The position numbers were made by a program, and so were the translations under genes. The notes under the pieces were generated by a model. It was not told where the DNA came from. It saw only the letters and a program-made list of their open reading frames with translations, and searched no databases. Below are positions 18,815 to 29,003 of a stretch of DNA of 64,000 nucleotides, one piece after another (position 1 is the first letter of the stretch; each line of letters starts with the position of its first letter). Source of the DNA: Synergistales bacterium (GTDB lineage: Bacteria > Synergistota > Synergistia > Synergistales > JAFGMB01); assembly GCA_963666205.1 (NCBI GenBank), contig OY762654.1, positions 2,528,001 through 2,592,000 of the forward strand, read 5' to 3'.

Positions 18815-21047
18815 TTATCTTGAATTTGCAAGAGGTGAAAAAAAAATCAGTCTCTGGTCTATCCTTATACCTCTGGGGCTTCTGACAAGATTTATTGTCA
18901 GGATAAGGACCTTTCTTTATGATCATGGGATTCTTCCCAGTTTTGAGACACCTATTCCGGTGATAAGTGTTGGTAACATTACTTTTGGAGGAACGAACAA
19001 GACTCCCTTTGTTGAAATGCTTGCGACAAACCTGCAAAGATCCGGTTTGAGAGTTGGAATTGTAAGCAGGGGGTATGGCGGAAATACTTTGGCCCCGGTT
19101 CTTCTGAAAGGGAATAATGCTTCAAGGGATCTGGTCGGGGATGAGCCCCTGCTTCTTTCTTCCAGGCTTGAAAATATACCGATAGCTGTCTCAAAGGACA
19201 GGATAAAAGATGTGGATCTATTGCGCCGGGAAGGTGTCCATTTAATACTGGCTGATGATGCCTTTCAGCATCGCCGCCTGGGAAGGGATGTTGACATAGT
19301 GCTTGTGGATGCCCTGTGTCCCTTTGGTAACGGGCAGTTCTCTCCGTCGGGGATACTTCGGGAGATCCCGGATTCCGTGAAAAGGGCGGATATAGTGGTT
19401 ATAACCAAATCCGACCAGGTGGAGAAGTGTGTTCTTGAAGATCTGAAAAGAAAACTTCTTAAGTGGGTCCCTTCCGATAAACTATTCTGTTCAAAACTGG
19501 AGATCACTTCCTGGTCCATATGGGATGATTCATGGAAAAATCTGAACAGGACAAACCCTGAGGGACTGAAGGTCGTGGCATTTTCTGCCATAGGGAGTCC
19601 TGACAGCTTTATCCGTTCACTTAAAGATAATGGCCTGGTGGTCTTACAGGAAAATCTATTTAAGGATCATCACAGGTTTTCCATTAGTGAGATAATGGAA
19701 ATGTCTGAATCTCTTGATTCTCTTAACGGGGATCTTCTTGCATGTACTGAAAAGGATATCTTTAACCTGCCTGAAGACCTTGGTGGGAAATACCGTTTTC
19801 TTGTTCCCAGAATATCTACCGTTATAGATAATGAAACACAATTTTATAATGTCATATCCGAATGTTTACGTCCCCGGATAGTAGTAACGTCAAATGGTTT
19901 TGGGGAAGATTCAATAGGGGCTCTTCTTGCTGCCAGGATACAGAAAAGATTCCCTCTGGCCAGGGTTTCCGGTTTTCCCATAGTAGGGCTTGGTGAACAT
20001 TACTCCAGGAAAAATATCGAGGTTATATCATGTCCTCATATCTCCCCCACGGGTGGAGTGATAAAGTATAGTGCTAGAGCCTTTTTTCAGGATATCAGGG
20101 CTGGACTTGTAAAAAATATCATAAGCCAGATTAAGGCATGGAAGATTCTCAGATGGAAGGTCCGTACTGTCGTATGTGTTGGTGACGTGTATCTTCTGTT
20201 GCAGACCCTGATCGGACAGGGTCAGGTTCCATTGCTTGTTGCGACTGCTAAAACGGTGTATCTGACAGGTCACTGGAAACTTGAGCAGTTTATACTGAAA
20301 CATCGTTGCAGACGGGTCTGGACCCGTGATGCAGAAACGGCACAGGAGCTTTTAAATTCTGGAGCTGATGCGGTCTTTAACGGTAATCCGATCATGGATC
20401 TTATAGAGGACAGCAGTGAAGGGAATGACCCCTGGCCGGCTGGTTCCTCCAGGAGGATATTGCTTCTCCCCGGGAGCAGGGCCAGAGCTTACGGGGATGT
20501 GGGGCTCCTGCTTGATGCGGCTGTTATCCTTAATCGTAGATTTTCCTCCAGTTTTGTCGCTGTCGTTGCCCCCACTCTGGATGTTAAAAAGATCCTCTCC
20601 ATGAATCCAGGGTGGAACAAACTTGAGTCTGAACCCTGTGTCATCGAAAGAGAGGGTGTGAAGGTCCTTCTTTACAAGGGATCACTTGTTGATGCAGCCC
20701 GTAATGCGGAGATCCTTCTAGGTCTTGGGGGTACTGCAAACCAGGTCTGTGCCGGATTGGGAGTTCCAGTTGTTTCTATATTGGAAAAGGGAAAGCTTGT
20801 TCAGAAAAAACTTCTTGGAGATTCAGAACTGCTTGTAAAAGCAGCCCCGGATGCCCTTGCAGAGGCAGCAGTAAGGATCCTTTCAGAACCTGAACTTGGA
20901 TCATGGATGTCAAGGGCTGGCAAAGTTCGGCTTGGTTGTCCGGGAGCACTGGAAAATGTGGTTGAATATCTGGATTCCAACCTGGGGTGGAATCTCAGGT
21001 CTCAGGTTTATTCGCAGCTTTGCTCTTTTTTCAGTTTAAGGAACTGA
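18792..21047 (+). CDS. lpxK: Tetraacyldisaccharide 4'-kinase fused to an LpxB-related domain
   Basis: SVGNITFGGTNKTP, SRGYG, GDEPLL, DDAFQH and TEKD; second domain SNGFGED..GNPIMD..LLPGSR..GTAN. Confidence 0.9.
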   Translation: MMKNLVRDYLEFARGEKKISLWSILIPLGLLTRFIVRIRTFLYDHGILPSFETPIPVISVGNITFGGTNKTPFVEMLATNLQRSGLRVGIVSRGYGGNTLAPVLLKGNNASRDLVGDEPLLLSSRLENIPIAVSKDRIKDVDLLRREGVHLILADDAFQHRRLGRDVDIVLVDALCPFGNGQFSPSGILREIPDSVKRADIVVITKSDQVEKCVLEDLKRKLLKWVPSDKLFCSKLEITSWSIWDDSWKNLNRTNPEGLKVVAFSAIGSPDSFIRSLKDNGLVVLQENLFKDHHRFSISEIMEMSESLDSLNGDLLACTEKDIFNLPEDLGGKYRFLVPRISTVIDNETQFYNVISECLRPRIVVTSNGFGEDSIGALLAARIQKRFPLARVSGFPIVGLGEHYSRKNIEVISCPHISPTGGVIKYSARAFFQDIRAGLVKNIISQIKAWKILRWKVRTVVCVGDVYLLLQTLIGQGQVPLLVATAKTVYLTGHWKLEQFILKHRCRRVWTRDAETAQELLNSGADAVFNGNPIMDLIEDSSEGNDPWPAGSSRRILLLPGSRARAYGDVGLLLDAAVILNRRFSSSFVAVVAPTLDVKKILSMNPGWNKLESEPCVIEREGVKVLLYKGSLVDAARNAEILLGLGGTANQVCAGLGVPVVSILEKGKLVQKKLLGDSELLVKAAPDALAEAAVRILSEPELGSWMSRAGKVRLGCPGALENVVEYLDSNLGWNLRSQVYSQLCSFFSLRN

Positions 21048-21100
21048 TCTTTATAAATGATTAATATCAGAATTCAATCTGGTTGTGGAGATGGTGTTTG

Positions 21101-21961
21101 ATGACAAATGTTATTGATATCGGTGATTTCAAGATAGGTTCAGGACCATTGACAATTATAGCGGGCCCATGTTCTCTGGAAAATTTTGAAATATCCCTTG
21201 AAATCGCTTCAACGGTAAGGGATATCTGCTGTGGGGTAGGCATGAACTTCATTTTCAAGGCTTCCTTTGACAAGGCCAACAGGACATCCATAGACAGTTA
21301 CAGGGGCCCGGGACTTGAAAAGGGGTTGGAATGGCTCGGCGATATCCGGTCCAGACTGAATGTACCCGTTCTTACAGATATTCATGAACCATGGCAGGCC
21401 GCCCCTGTTTCAGAAATCGTGGATGTTCTTCAGATACCAGCTTTTCTGTGCAGACAGACTGATCTCCTTGTATCAGCCTCAAAAACGGGGAAACCTCTGA
21501 ATATCAAAAAAGCTCAATTCCTTTCACCACAGGATATGACTTCTGTGGTGAAAAAATGTACTGAAAGCGGCAACAGTAAGATAATGCTTTGTGAAAGGGG
21601 AACAACCCTGGGCTATAATCAACTCGTGGTTGACATGAGGTCACTCTCCCTGATGAGAGAACTCGGATGTCCCGTGGTATTCGATGCTACCCATAGTGTG
21701 CAGATGCCGGGCGGCAAAGGTTCAAGTTCAGGTGGTGACAGAAGATTTGTTCTTCCATTGGCAAGGGCAGCTGTAGCTATAGGTATCGATGCCCTGTTCA
21801 TTGAAACCCATCCAATGCCTGAAAAGGCCCTGAGTGATGGCCCTAACATGGTGCCTCTTGAAAAACTCGAGTATCTTTTGAGACAGATCAGAGACATAGA
21901 TGAGTTGGTCAAAAGAAATATAGGCATCAGTGACCTCAATTGGACTGGAGGAAAAGAGTAA
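21101..21961 (+). CDS. kdsA: KDO-8-phosphate synthase
   Basis: [27 protein letters not shown] and FDATHSVQ. Confidence 0.97.
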   Translation: MTNVIDIGDFKIGSGPLTIIAGPCSLENFEISLEIASTVRDICCGVGMNFIFKASFDKANRTSIDSYRGPGLEKGLEWLGDIRSRLNVPVLTDIHEPWQAAPVSEIVDVLQIPAFLCRQTDLLVSASKTGKPLNIKKAQFLSPQDMTSVVKKCTESGNSKIMLCERGTTLGYNQLVVDMRSLSLMRELGCPVVFDATHSVQMPGGKGSSSGGDRRFVLPLARAAVAIGIDALFIETHPMPEKALSDGPNMVPLEKLEYLLRQIRDIDELVKRNIGISDLNWTGGKE

Positions 21962-22968
21962 TGGTCTGCCTTCCCAGGGAAAGAGCCTGTAGAGAGCTCG
22001 AAGATGCAGATCTTCTGAATATTGGCAGGTCAGTCCTTGAAATGGAAGCCCGGGAGATAACAAGGGCTTCTCACAGGCTTGGCAAAGAACTTGTCGAAGC
22101 CGCAAGGCTTATCCAGGGGTGCAGGGGGAGGCTTGTAGTTGTAGGAATGGGCAAATCCGGTCTTATTGGCAGAAAGATCGCTGCAACTCTGGCTTCACTT
22201 GGAACCCCTTCTTTTTTCCTTCATGCTGCAGAAGGAGCTCATGGTGATCTCGGCATGGTATGCCGGGAAGACATTGGCCTTTTTATCAGTCATAGTGGGA
22301 AAACACAGGAGCTTCTCAAACTTCTTCCTTTTTTCAGCAGATTGGGTGCTCCTATAATTGCAATTTCTGGCGATAGCCTTTCTCCATTGGCAAAGAATGC
22401 TGATATCTACCTCGATTCCGGGATAGAAAGAGAGGCTGATCCTTTGAATCTGGCCCCGACTTCAAGCACAACTGTTCAACTGGCCATAGGTGACGCCCTT
22501 GCTGGCATGGTCACTGAGATGAAAAATCTTCAGAGAGAGGATTTTGCTCTTTTTCATCCAGCAGGTAGCCTGGGAAAGATGCTCCTCCTTCGAGTACAGG
22601 ATCTTATGGGTAAAGGAGAGCATCTTCCGGTTGTAAGACTGGATGCTACAGTGGGAGAGGCTCTTTTCGAGATAACGAGCAAAGGATATGGCGCAACAGT
22701 CGTTGTTGACGAAAAGGGAGATCTTGCCGGTATTTTCACGGATGGTGATCTGAGACGCCTCATGGAAAAAGATGGTTGTACATGTATGGAAGAAAAGATA
22801 GAGCTTGTTATGACAAGATCTCCAAAGGTCATAGAACCCCGGAAACTTGCAGCTGAAGCTGTCAGAATTATGGAACAGAATGAAATATCTGTGCTGATCG
22901 TAATAGAGGGGAATCAACCTGCAGGGATAATACACCTTCATGAATTGTTGAAAGCAGGGGTGGCATAA
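21961..22968 (+). CDS. kdsD: Arabinose-5-phosphate isomerase (KpsF/GutQ)
   Basis: GMGKSG, HGDLG, APTSST and FHPAGSLG; CBS pair. Confidence 0.95.
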   Translation: MVCLPRERACRELEDADLLNIGRSVLEMEAREITRASHRLGKELVEAARLIQGCRGRLVVVGMGKSGLIGRKIAATLASLGTPSFFLHAAEGAHGDLGMVCREDIGLFISHSGKTQELLKLLPFFSRLGAPIIAISGDSLSPLAKNADIYLDSGIEREADPLNLAPTSSTTVQLAIGDALAGMVTEMKNLQREDFALFHPAGSLGKMLLLRVQDLMGKGEHLPVVRLDATVGEALFEITSKGYGATVVVDEKGDLAGIFTDGDLRRLMEKDGCTCMEEKIELVMTRSPKVIEPRKLAAEAVRIMEQNEISVLIVIEGNQPAGIIHLHELLKAGVA

Positions 22969-22972
22969 ACTG

Positions 22973-24226
22973 TTGATAACTATTTACAGGCTCCTGATAT
23001 CATTCCTTTATTTTCTGACATATCCCTATCTCGCAAAAAAGTACAGGGATGGATTAAATGAACGTAGGGGTCTATACAGCAACGATTTTAAAAGTTTCGT
23101 AAAGGGAAAACGTCCCCTCTGGGTTCATGCCGTATCAGTAGGAGAGGTTCAGTCTGCATCTTCCTTTATACATGAATTCATAAATGGTGATATCTCCAAT
23201 CCGGTAGTACTTTCCACTACTACCCACACAGGAAGGGAAATGTCAGAAAAGCTTCTCTCTATTAAGATCAGCCGTCACTTTTATTATCCATGGGATATAC
23301 CCTGGATCGTAAAGAGAGCGGTTGATACAATAGAACCAGTAGCATATGTTGTAATGGAAACAGAAATATGGCCCAATATCCTTTATGAAATGAAGCGTCA
23401 GGGAATACCTTCGTTTCTTGTAAATGGAAGATTTTCTGATAATTCCTTCGAGAAACGGAAGGGTAAGGCTAATTTCTGGAGGGATGTTCTCTCCCTCTTC
23501 ACACTGATAATGGTGAGGGAGCAGGAGGATTGCAATAAACTCAGGATGCTGGGAGTCCCTCCGGAAAAGATAAAACTCACAGGTGACTGCAAGGTCGATG
23601 CGCTCATCAATAGGGGCAGAGAAATTGATCTTACCAATGTTCGTAAGATAGTGGGAACAGGCAAACCTCTTTTTCTGGCAGGAAGTACCCATACTGGAGA
23701 AGATGAGGTTGTCCTTGAGGCTTTCGGAATGATCCGTCGGAATTCTCCCGAGGCGAAACTTGTTCTTGTCCCCCGTCACCCGGAGAGATCTGAGAGGGTT
23801 GCCGAACTTGCCGGGAAGTATGGACAGACAACTCTGTTGTCGGAGAATAGCGGTCCTGGATGGGATATTATGGTTATAGATCAAATAGGGCACTTATTCG
23901 AATTTTACGGAGTTGCCGATGCGGCCTTTGTAGGGGGCAGCATCGTTCCAAAGGGGGGCCAGAACCTTATGGAACCTGCCCTTTTTGGAGTTCCAGTGAC
24001 CCATGGCCCTCATATGGAGGATTTCCGGGAAGCATCCTCAAGATTGGGGAGTCTCGGAGTTGCCAGAGTTGTCAGAACGGCAGAAGATCTGTCTGCAAAA
24101 TGGGTTGAAGACATAGCTGAATCCAGAAAAGAAGCAGTCAGGGAGAATTGCAGAACCTTTTTTGAGGAACACAGCGGGGCTTCCTCCAGGTCCTGGCAGT
24201 TGATAAAAGATCATATTTCCTTATAG
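22973..24226 (+). CDS. waaA: KDO transferase
   Basis: WVHAVSVGE, ETEIWPN, AGSTH, VPRHPER and GGQNLMEP. Confidence 0.95.
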   Translation: MITIYRLLISFLYFLTYPYLAKKYRDGLNERRGLYSNDFKSFVKGKRPLWVHAVSVGEVQSASSFIHEFINGDISNPVVLSTTTHTGREMSEKLLSIKISRHFYYPWDIPWIVKRAVDTIEPVAYVVMETEIWPNILYEMKRQGIPSFLVNGRFSDNSFEKRKGKANFWRDVLSLFTLIMVREQEDCNKLRMLGVPPEKIKLTGDCKVDALINRGREIDLTNVRKIVGTGKPLFLAGSTHTGEDEVVLEAFGMIRRNSPEAKLVLVPRHPERSERVAELAGKYGQTTLLSENSGPGWDIMVIDQIGHLFEFYGVADAAFVGGSIVPKGGQNLMEPALFGVPVTHGPHMEDFREASSRLGSLGVARVVRTAEDLSAKWVEDIAESRKEAVRENCRTFFEEHSGASSRSWQLIKDHISL

Positions 24227-24240
24227 GAAGGGGAATTATT

Positions 24241-25463
24241 ATGCAGATCAACTATGAACTTTTAAATGTTTTTTATGAGGGTCTGGATGAAAGATCCCGT
24301 AATAGTCTTGATGAAGCGGTAGCAAAGATCGTCAGGGTAAAGGAAAAGGGCGGCAAGGTAATGGTGGCGACCGAAGCGGACCGAATATTCATGAAGGAGT
24401 TACTACCCTTATTGCCGAGCTCATGGATAAAGGTATAGTTGATAGTGTTACCACCAGTTCTGCCGTGATAGGCCATGAAATGGCAGGTTCCCTCGACAGG
24501 GTCAAAATGGTTGATGCATCTGAGCTTGCTTTTGATGAAAAATTTATGCCCAGAGGGAATGTCTTTGAATTTACACAGCTTTCAGAAGATGAGATCAACG
24601 ACCTGAAAAAAGAGATTGTTCTTGACCTGGACCTACTGGAGAGGGGAAGCCGGATCGACGGTAATGTGATAATAAAGGCAGCAGGTAACATGGCCTATCC
24701 CATGGGCATGAGGACAGAAGCAGTCGCATCAGAAATACTCTCTATTGCCAGGACCTACGGTCTTCCCTTTGAAGAAGTGGCAGGATGGGGAGCAGATAAA
24801 AGATCAATGATAGGTGCAGGTTCCAGAAAAGGCATTCCTGTCCTTGTCAGCGTTCCACAGATGATAGGTTCAGGTAACGTAGGTCTTTCCATTGGAGACA
24901 GTATTCCTGTTTCACAGCGATGTATGCGCATTTCCCGTATGCTTGAGGAAGCAGATGTGATAATAGAATCTGCAGTGGCCCTAACCCAGGAGATACATGA
25001 TGGTCCTTTTGAATGTTATACGGGCCACGGTATATGGTCCTGGTGGAACGGTATCCATACTTACAGCCTTAAAGAGAAGTCTCTTATCCGGATCGATCTG
25101 GATGAAAACCTGAGAAAAGCTCAGGATGTTCAAAAAGAGAACAGTATGATACAGGAAGCCATAAACAAGGGTCTTCCCAAGACCAAGATATCCAGGATAC
25201 CCTTCCGAATGGAGATGTCCGCCTTTGCGAGGCATGAGGGGAGCATTCCCATAATCGGCGATATAGGTCAGGTCTGGCCCTTAATTGCTGTAAAAGTAGC
25301 GGAAGCTCTTAAGGTATCCCTTGATTTTATGAGTTATTCCCAGGAAACAGAGGATGGGAAAAGGATGAGGGAATGGATAGTAAGAGAGATTAAACCCTTT
25401 GACAGACAGCTACTCAGGCAAAGAGCTGAGGAATATAAGCTCGCTATTTCCAATAGAGGATAA
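24241..25463 (+). pseudogene. Frameshifted gene (or assembly error) for a DHS-like fold protein
   Basis: ORFs 24241-24438 and 24423-25463 join at ACC-GA-AGC (24370-24377); adding one base restores MVATGSGPNIHEGVTTLIAELMDK. Confidence 0.75.
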
Positions 25464-25624
25464 AACTTGAGCCGGCAACTGTCTTGCCTTTGGACAGGGC
25501 TGTGATACCATAATTCGAGATATCACAATTGCAAGTATCTTTCTTCCGGAAAGATACTTTGGCATGTCTTTCTTAGAGGGCGGGGCTTGAAATGGTCCCG
25601 CTCTTTCCTTGAGGAAGTGACCTG

Positions 25625-26788
25625 ATGTATTCGGATCTTTCTTTAATAATAATTCTTAACGAGGGGATAAGGGGTCATCTGAGCCAGACCAGAGGTGTAG
25701 CCCACTGGCTTGCTGAATTGACGGGAGCCCGGATAACAGAGATCAAAGTGCCCGACCTTGCCGGATGGAGAAGGTTCTGGCAATTGAAAGTAAAGGCAAG
25801 ATCCCTTCGAAACTGGAGCATTCCGGAATGTGAAAAATGGCTTATTGATTCGGGAGGACGAGCCCTACTCGATGATCTTGCTTTAGAACTCGATCTTGCA
25901 GATGGAAAGGAAAAGGGGTGTATCCTTCTCTCTGCCGGTAATACTCCAGCTCCTTTCAACCTTGCTCTTGGGAGAACATTAGGTGTTAGAAGGGCTGTAT
26001 TAATGACTCCTTCTGTGATAGGAACAGATCCTTTTGATTTTGCCATCATTCCCGAACACGATTTTCCTCAACTGACTGACAACGTTTTAACCACTCTTGG
26101 TGCTCCCAACTGTATAATTCCAGATGAACTTGAGAAGAAGGGGAAAGAGCTTATTCATGATTTCCCTTCAGGAGATAGCGCATCCTGGGGAGTACTTATC
26201 GGTGGAGATACTGCAAATTACAGTATTGATCCTGAATGGATCAGAATAAACATCGGGGCATTACTTGAAGTATCCTTTGAAAGGGGAGCAGGTCTTTATA
26301 TAACGACCTCCAGAAGAACGAGTAAGGAAGCAGAAAGGGCTCTTGAAGAAATTACACGAGATAGGGAGAATGTCAGAATGAACCTTATTGCCTCGCGGGA
26401 TTCCCGTAATCCAGTTCCGGGGATACTTGGTCTGTGTACCCGGATCTTCTGCACCGAAGATTCTGTATCTATGCTTTCAGAGGCAGTTACTTCCGGTAAA
26501 GATATATTCCTTCTGAGGGTCAGAAAAAGAAGAGGTATTAGAATGCTTCTTGGGAAAATGACCAGACTTCTTGTCGATGCCCGATTTCTTCCTCTTTCCA
26601 GTCTCTGGGGGTTTTACAGGTTTGAGTTCATGAGGCAGAGGCTAATTAAAAAAGGTCTTATGGTTGAAATGCCTCCAGAAATAGACAAATGGACGGAAAT
26701 CATCTCGGCTGATATCAATAAAAGCAAGTTTGAATTCAATGAAGCAAAGCGTTCAGCTGAATGGATCCTGAAGAGGTTGAATGGATGA
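25625..26788 (+). CDS. ELM1/GtrOC1-family putative glycosyltransferase
   Basis: GHLSQTRG, PEHD, LIGG, TTSRRT and TEDSVSMLSEA. Confidence 0.85.
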   Translation: MYSDLSLIIILNEGIRGHLSQTRGVAHWLAELTGARITEIKVPDLAGWRRFWQLKVKARSLRNWSIPECEKWLIDSGGRALLDDLALELDLADGKEKGCILLSAGNTPAPFNLALGRTLGVRRAVLMTPSVIGTDPFDFAIIPEHDFPQLTDNVLTTLGAPNCIIPDELEKKGKELIHDFPSGDSASWGVLIGGDTANYSIDPEWIRINIGALLEVSFERGAGLYITTSRRTSKEAERALEEITRDRENVRMNLIASRDSRNPVPGILGLCTRIFCTEDSVSMLSEAVTSGKDIFLLRVRKRRGIRMLLGKMTRLLVDARFLPLSSLWGFYRFEFMRQRLIKKGLMVEMPPEIDKWTEIISADINKSKFEFNEAKRSAEWILKRLNG

Positions 26789-27792
26789 ATATAATTCAGA
26801 TCCTTCCTGAATTCCATGAAGGGGGAGTGGAAAGACATGTACTCTGGCTTTCCAATGCTCTCGCTGACAGGGGGCATAGGGTCCTGGTAGTATCTGCTGG
26901 CGGGAAATTACTGTCTTATCTTTCAGGCGTAGAAAATCTGTCCCTGCCCGTTCATCTGAAAAATCCCCTTACTGCATATTATTCTGCACGTATCTTATCC
27001 AGATTGGCAAAGAAGGATAACTGGGAGATCATCCATGCCCACTCAAGGGTGCCAGCATGGATATCCTGGTGGACATCCAGTTTTTGCAATATCCCATGGA
27101 TAGTCACCTGTCATGCGAATTATTCCCTGAACATCGGGCTGAAGCCATATAAAAATGCATGGGCTGCCATATGTGTCAGTTCCTCTGTAAGAGAACATAT
27201 GGAGGCTTTTTTACCCTTTAATTCACGTGTCATTTCAAATGGGCTGCCGGAACCTGAGTTGATTTGGAACGGTCCTGATAATGATAAGATCCCGACTCAA
27301 ATATTGTTTATCGGCAGACTTACCAGAATCAAGGGTGTAGATATACTGTTGGAGGCTCTTGGTGCACTATCTCCTTTTGAATGGCACCTCGATATCGTTG
27401 GTGATGGTCCTATGCGAACAGAATTGGAGACTTTATCCCAATCTCTGGGACTTTCTTCCAGGGTGATTTTTCATGGCTTCAGGGAAGATACAGACGAATG
27501 GATGAGGAAATGTTCTTTCATGATATTCCCCTCCAGGAATGAGGGGATGCCTTTAACCCTTTGTCGGGCCATTCAGATGAAGGTTCCATTTATTGCTTCA
27601 GATATACCTCCAATTCGTGAGATCGTTACTGAAGAAAGTGTTTTGTTTTCTTCAGGTTTTTCTGTAGATCTTGCCGCAAAACTTTCGGCGATCCTTGAAG
27701 GAAAATTTAATCTGGTTCATGTGGACTCCTCGAGGATCCTGAATATTTCTGAAATGGTGGACAATGTAGAGGAAGTCTATAGTTCGCTGTAG
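26785..27792 (+). CDS. Glycosyltransferase family 4
   Basis: GGVERH, HAHSR, GRLTRIKG and PSRNEGMP. Confidence 0.9.
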   Translation: MNIIQILPEFHEGGVERHVLWLSNALADRGHRVLVVSAGGKLLSYLSGVENLSLPVHLKNPLTAYYSARILSRLAKKDNWEIIHAHSRVPAWISWWTSSFCNIPWIVTCHANYSLNIGLKPYKNAWAAICVSSSVREHMEAFLPFNSRVISNGLPEPELIWNGPDNDKIPTQILFIGRLTRIKGVDILLEALGALSPFEWHLDIVGDGPMRTELETLSQSLGLSSRVIFHGFREDTDEWMRKCSFMIFPSRNEGMPLTLCRAIQMKVPFIASDIPPIREIVTEESVLFSSGFSVDLAAKLSAILEGKFNLVHVDSSRILNISEMVDNVEEVYSSL

Positions 27793-27891
27793 AAGTACCA
27801 GTTGTTGAAGGTTCTATGGTTATAATGTCTATTATGAACAGTTTACCTGTCTTTCAGGTAGAATGGTCCTTTTCAAGAGGAGGTTTTCCAT

Positions 27892-28947
27892 TTGAAAGTT
27901 CTCCATTATGTAAATGAAAATATCCTGTCATGGGCTAACCCCTTTCTTCAACTGTTACAATACTTCAACGGAATGGGGATAGAAAATGTTCTTCTTTGCC
28001 CCCCTGGGGGGACGCTGTCGGAAAAGGCTTCCATTTATGGCGTTGAGGTCCTGTATTATGAACCTAAATTCTCATCTCTGCCCGGCCTATGCAGAGGTTT
28101 TGGAAAGATGGCACGATCTGTAAATCCCGATATTATACATACCCGCCTTTCCTCTGCTGCATTTATAGCATCTGAATGGAAACACATAACAGGTTGTCCT
28201 GTCCTTTCAACGGTGGATAAATATGCAAAACTGAAATATTATCTTAAGTCAGATCACCTCGTAGCTGTTTCGAACGGTGTAAAGGACTGGTTTGTTAAGA
28301 GTGGATATCCGGAAGAGAAGATGAGTGTCATTGGGAACCCCTTGGACCTTTCCTTTTATGAACCGGTTATGAATGTACGGGAAAGGATCAGGTCTGAAGA
28401 GGGGATATCCACAGGCACTAAAATTATTCTCGGTGCTGGCCGGTTTGTGGACTGGAAAGGATTTGACATCCTTTTAAAGGCGTCTGAAAAGGCACTGGAG
28501 GGATCGGATTTTATCATCTGGCTGGCAGGCGATGGGCCTGAAAAAACCGTTCTTGAATCCTATGTGGCTTCCTCTCCTGTATTAAGCGAACATGTAAAAT
28601 TCTGGGGTTTTGTTCATGATATACGTCCATTCCTATGGGCCTCTGATCTTTTTATCCTTCCATCCAGCAAGCCTGAACCGTTCGGATTGGTCCTGCTTGA
28701 AGCCATGGCTTGTGGTCTTCCTGTAATAGCAACATCTGCAGGCGGTCCCATTGATATCGTATCTGATGATACGGGCTGGCTGGTGCCTCCCGGAGATGTT
28801 AAATCACTTTGTTCTACCATACAGAAGGCCCTGAAAGATCCCGAATTTAAATTAAAGGGATCAGCCTCCCTTAAAAGGGCTTCCCGGTTCGATGTCAAAA
28901 CAATAGGGGATGAATATATTCAAAAATACAGATCCCTGATCAATTGA
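27892..28947 (+). CDS. Glycosyltransferase family 4
   Basis: GRFVDWKG and EPFGLVLLEAMACG. Confidence 0.92.
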   Translation: MKVLHYVNENILSWANPFLQLLQYFNGMGIENVLLCPPGGTLSEKASIYGVEVLYYEPKFSSLPGLCRGFGKMARSVNPDIIHTRLSSAAFIASEWKHITGCPVLSTVDKYAKLKYYLKSDHLVAVSNGVKDWFVKSGYPEEKMSVIGNPLDLSFYEPVMNVRERIRSEEGISTGTKIILGAGRFVDWKGFDILLKASEKALEGSDFIIWLAGDGPEKTVLESYVASSPVLSEHVKFWGFVHDIRPFLWASDLFILPSSKPEPFGLVLLEAMACGLPVIATSAGGPIDIVSDDTGWLVPPGDVKSLCSTIQKALKDPEFKLKGSASLKRASRFDVKTIGDEYIQKYRSLIN

Positions 28948-29003
28948 CATACATTATTGCCTGTTGGTCCATATTACTTTCAGTGTAATGCTGCTGATGG
29001 AGG

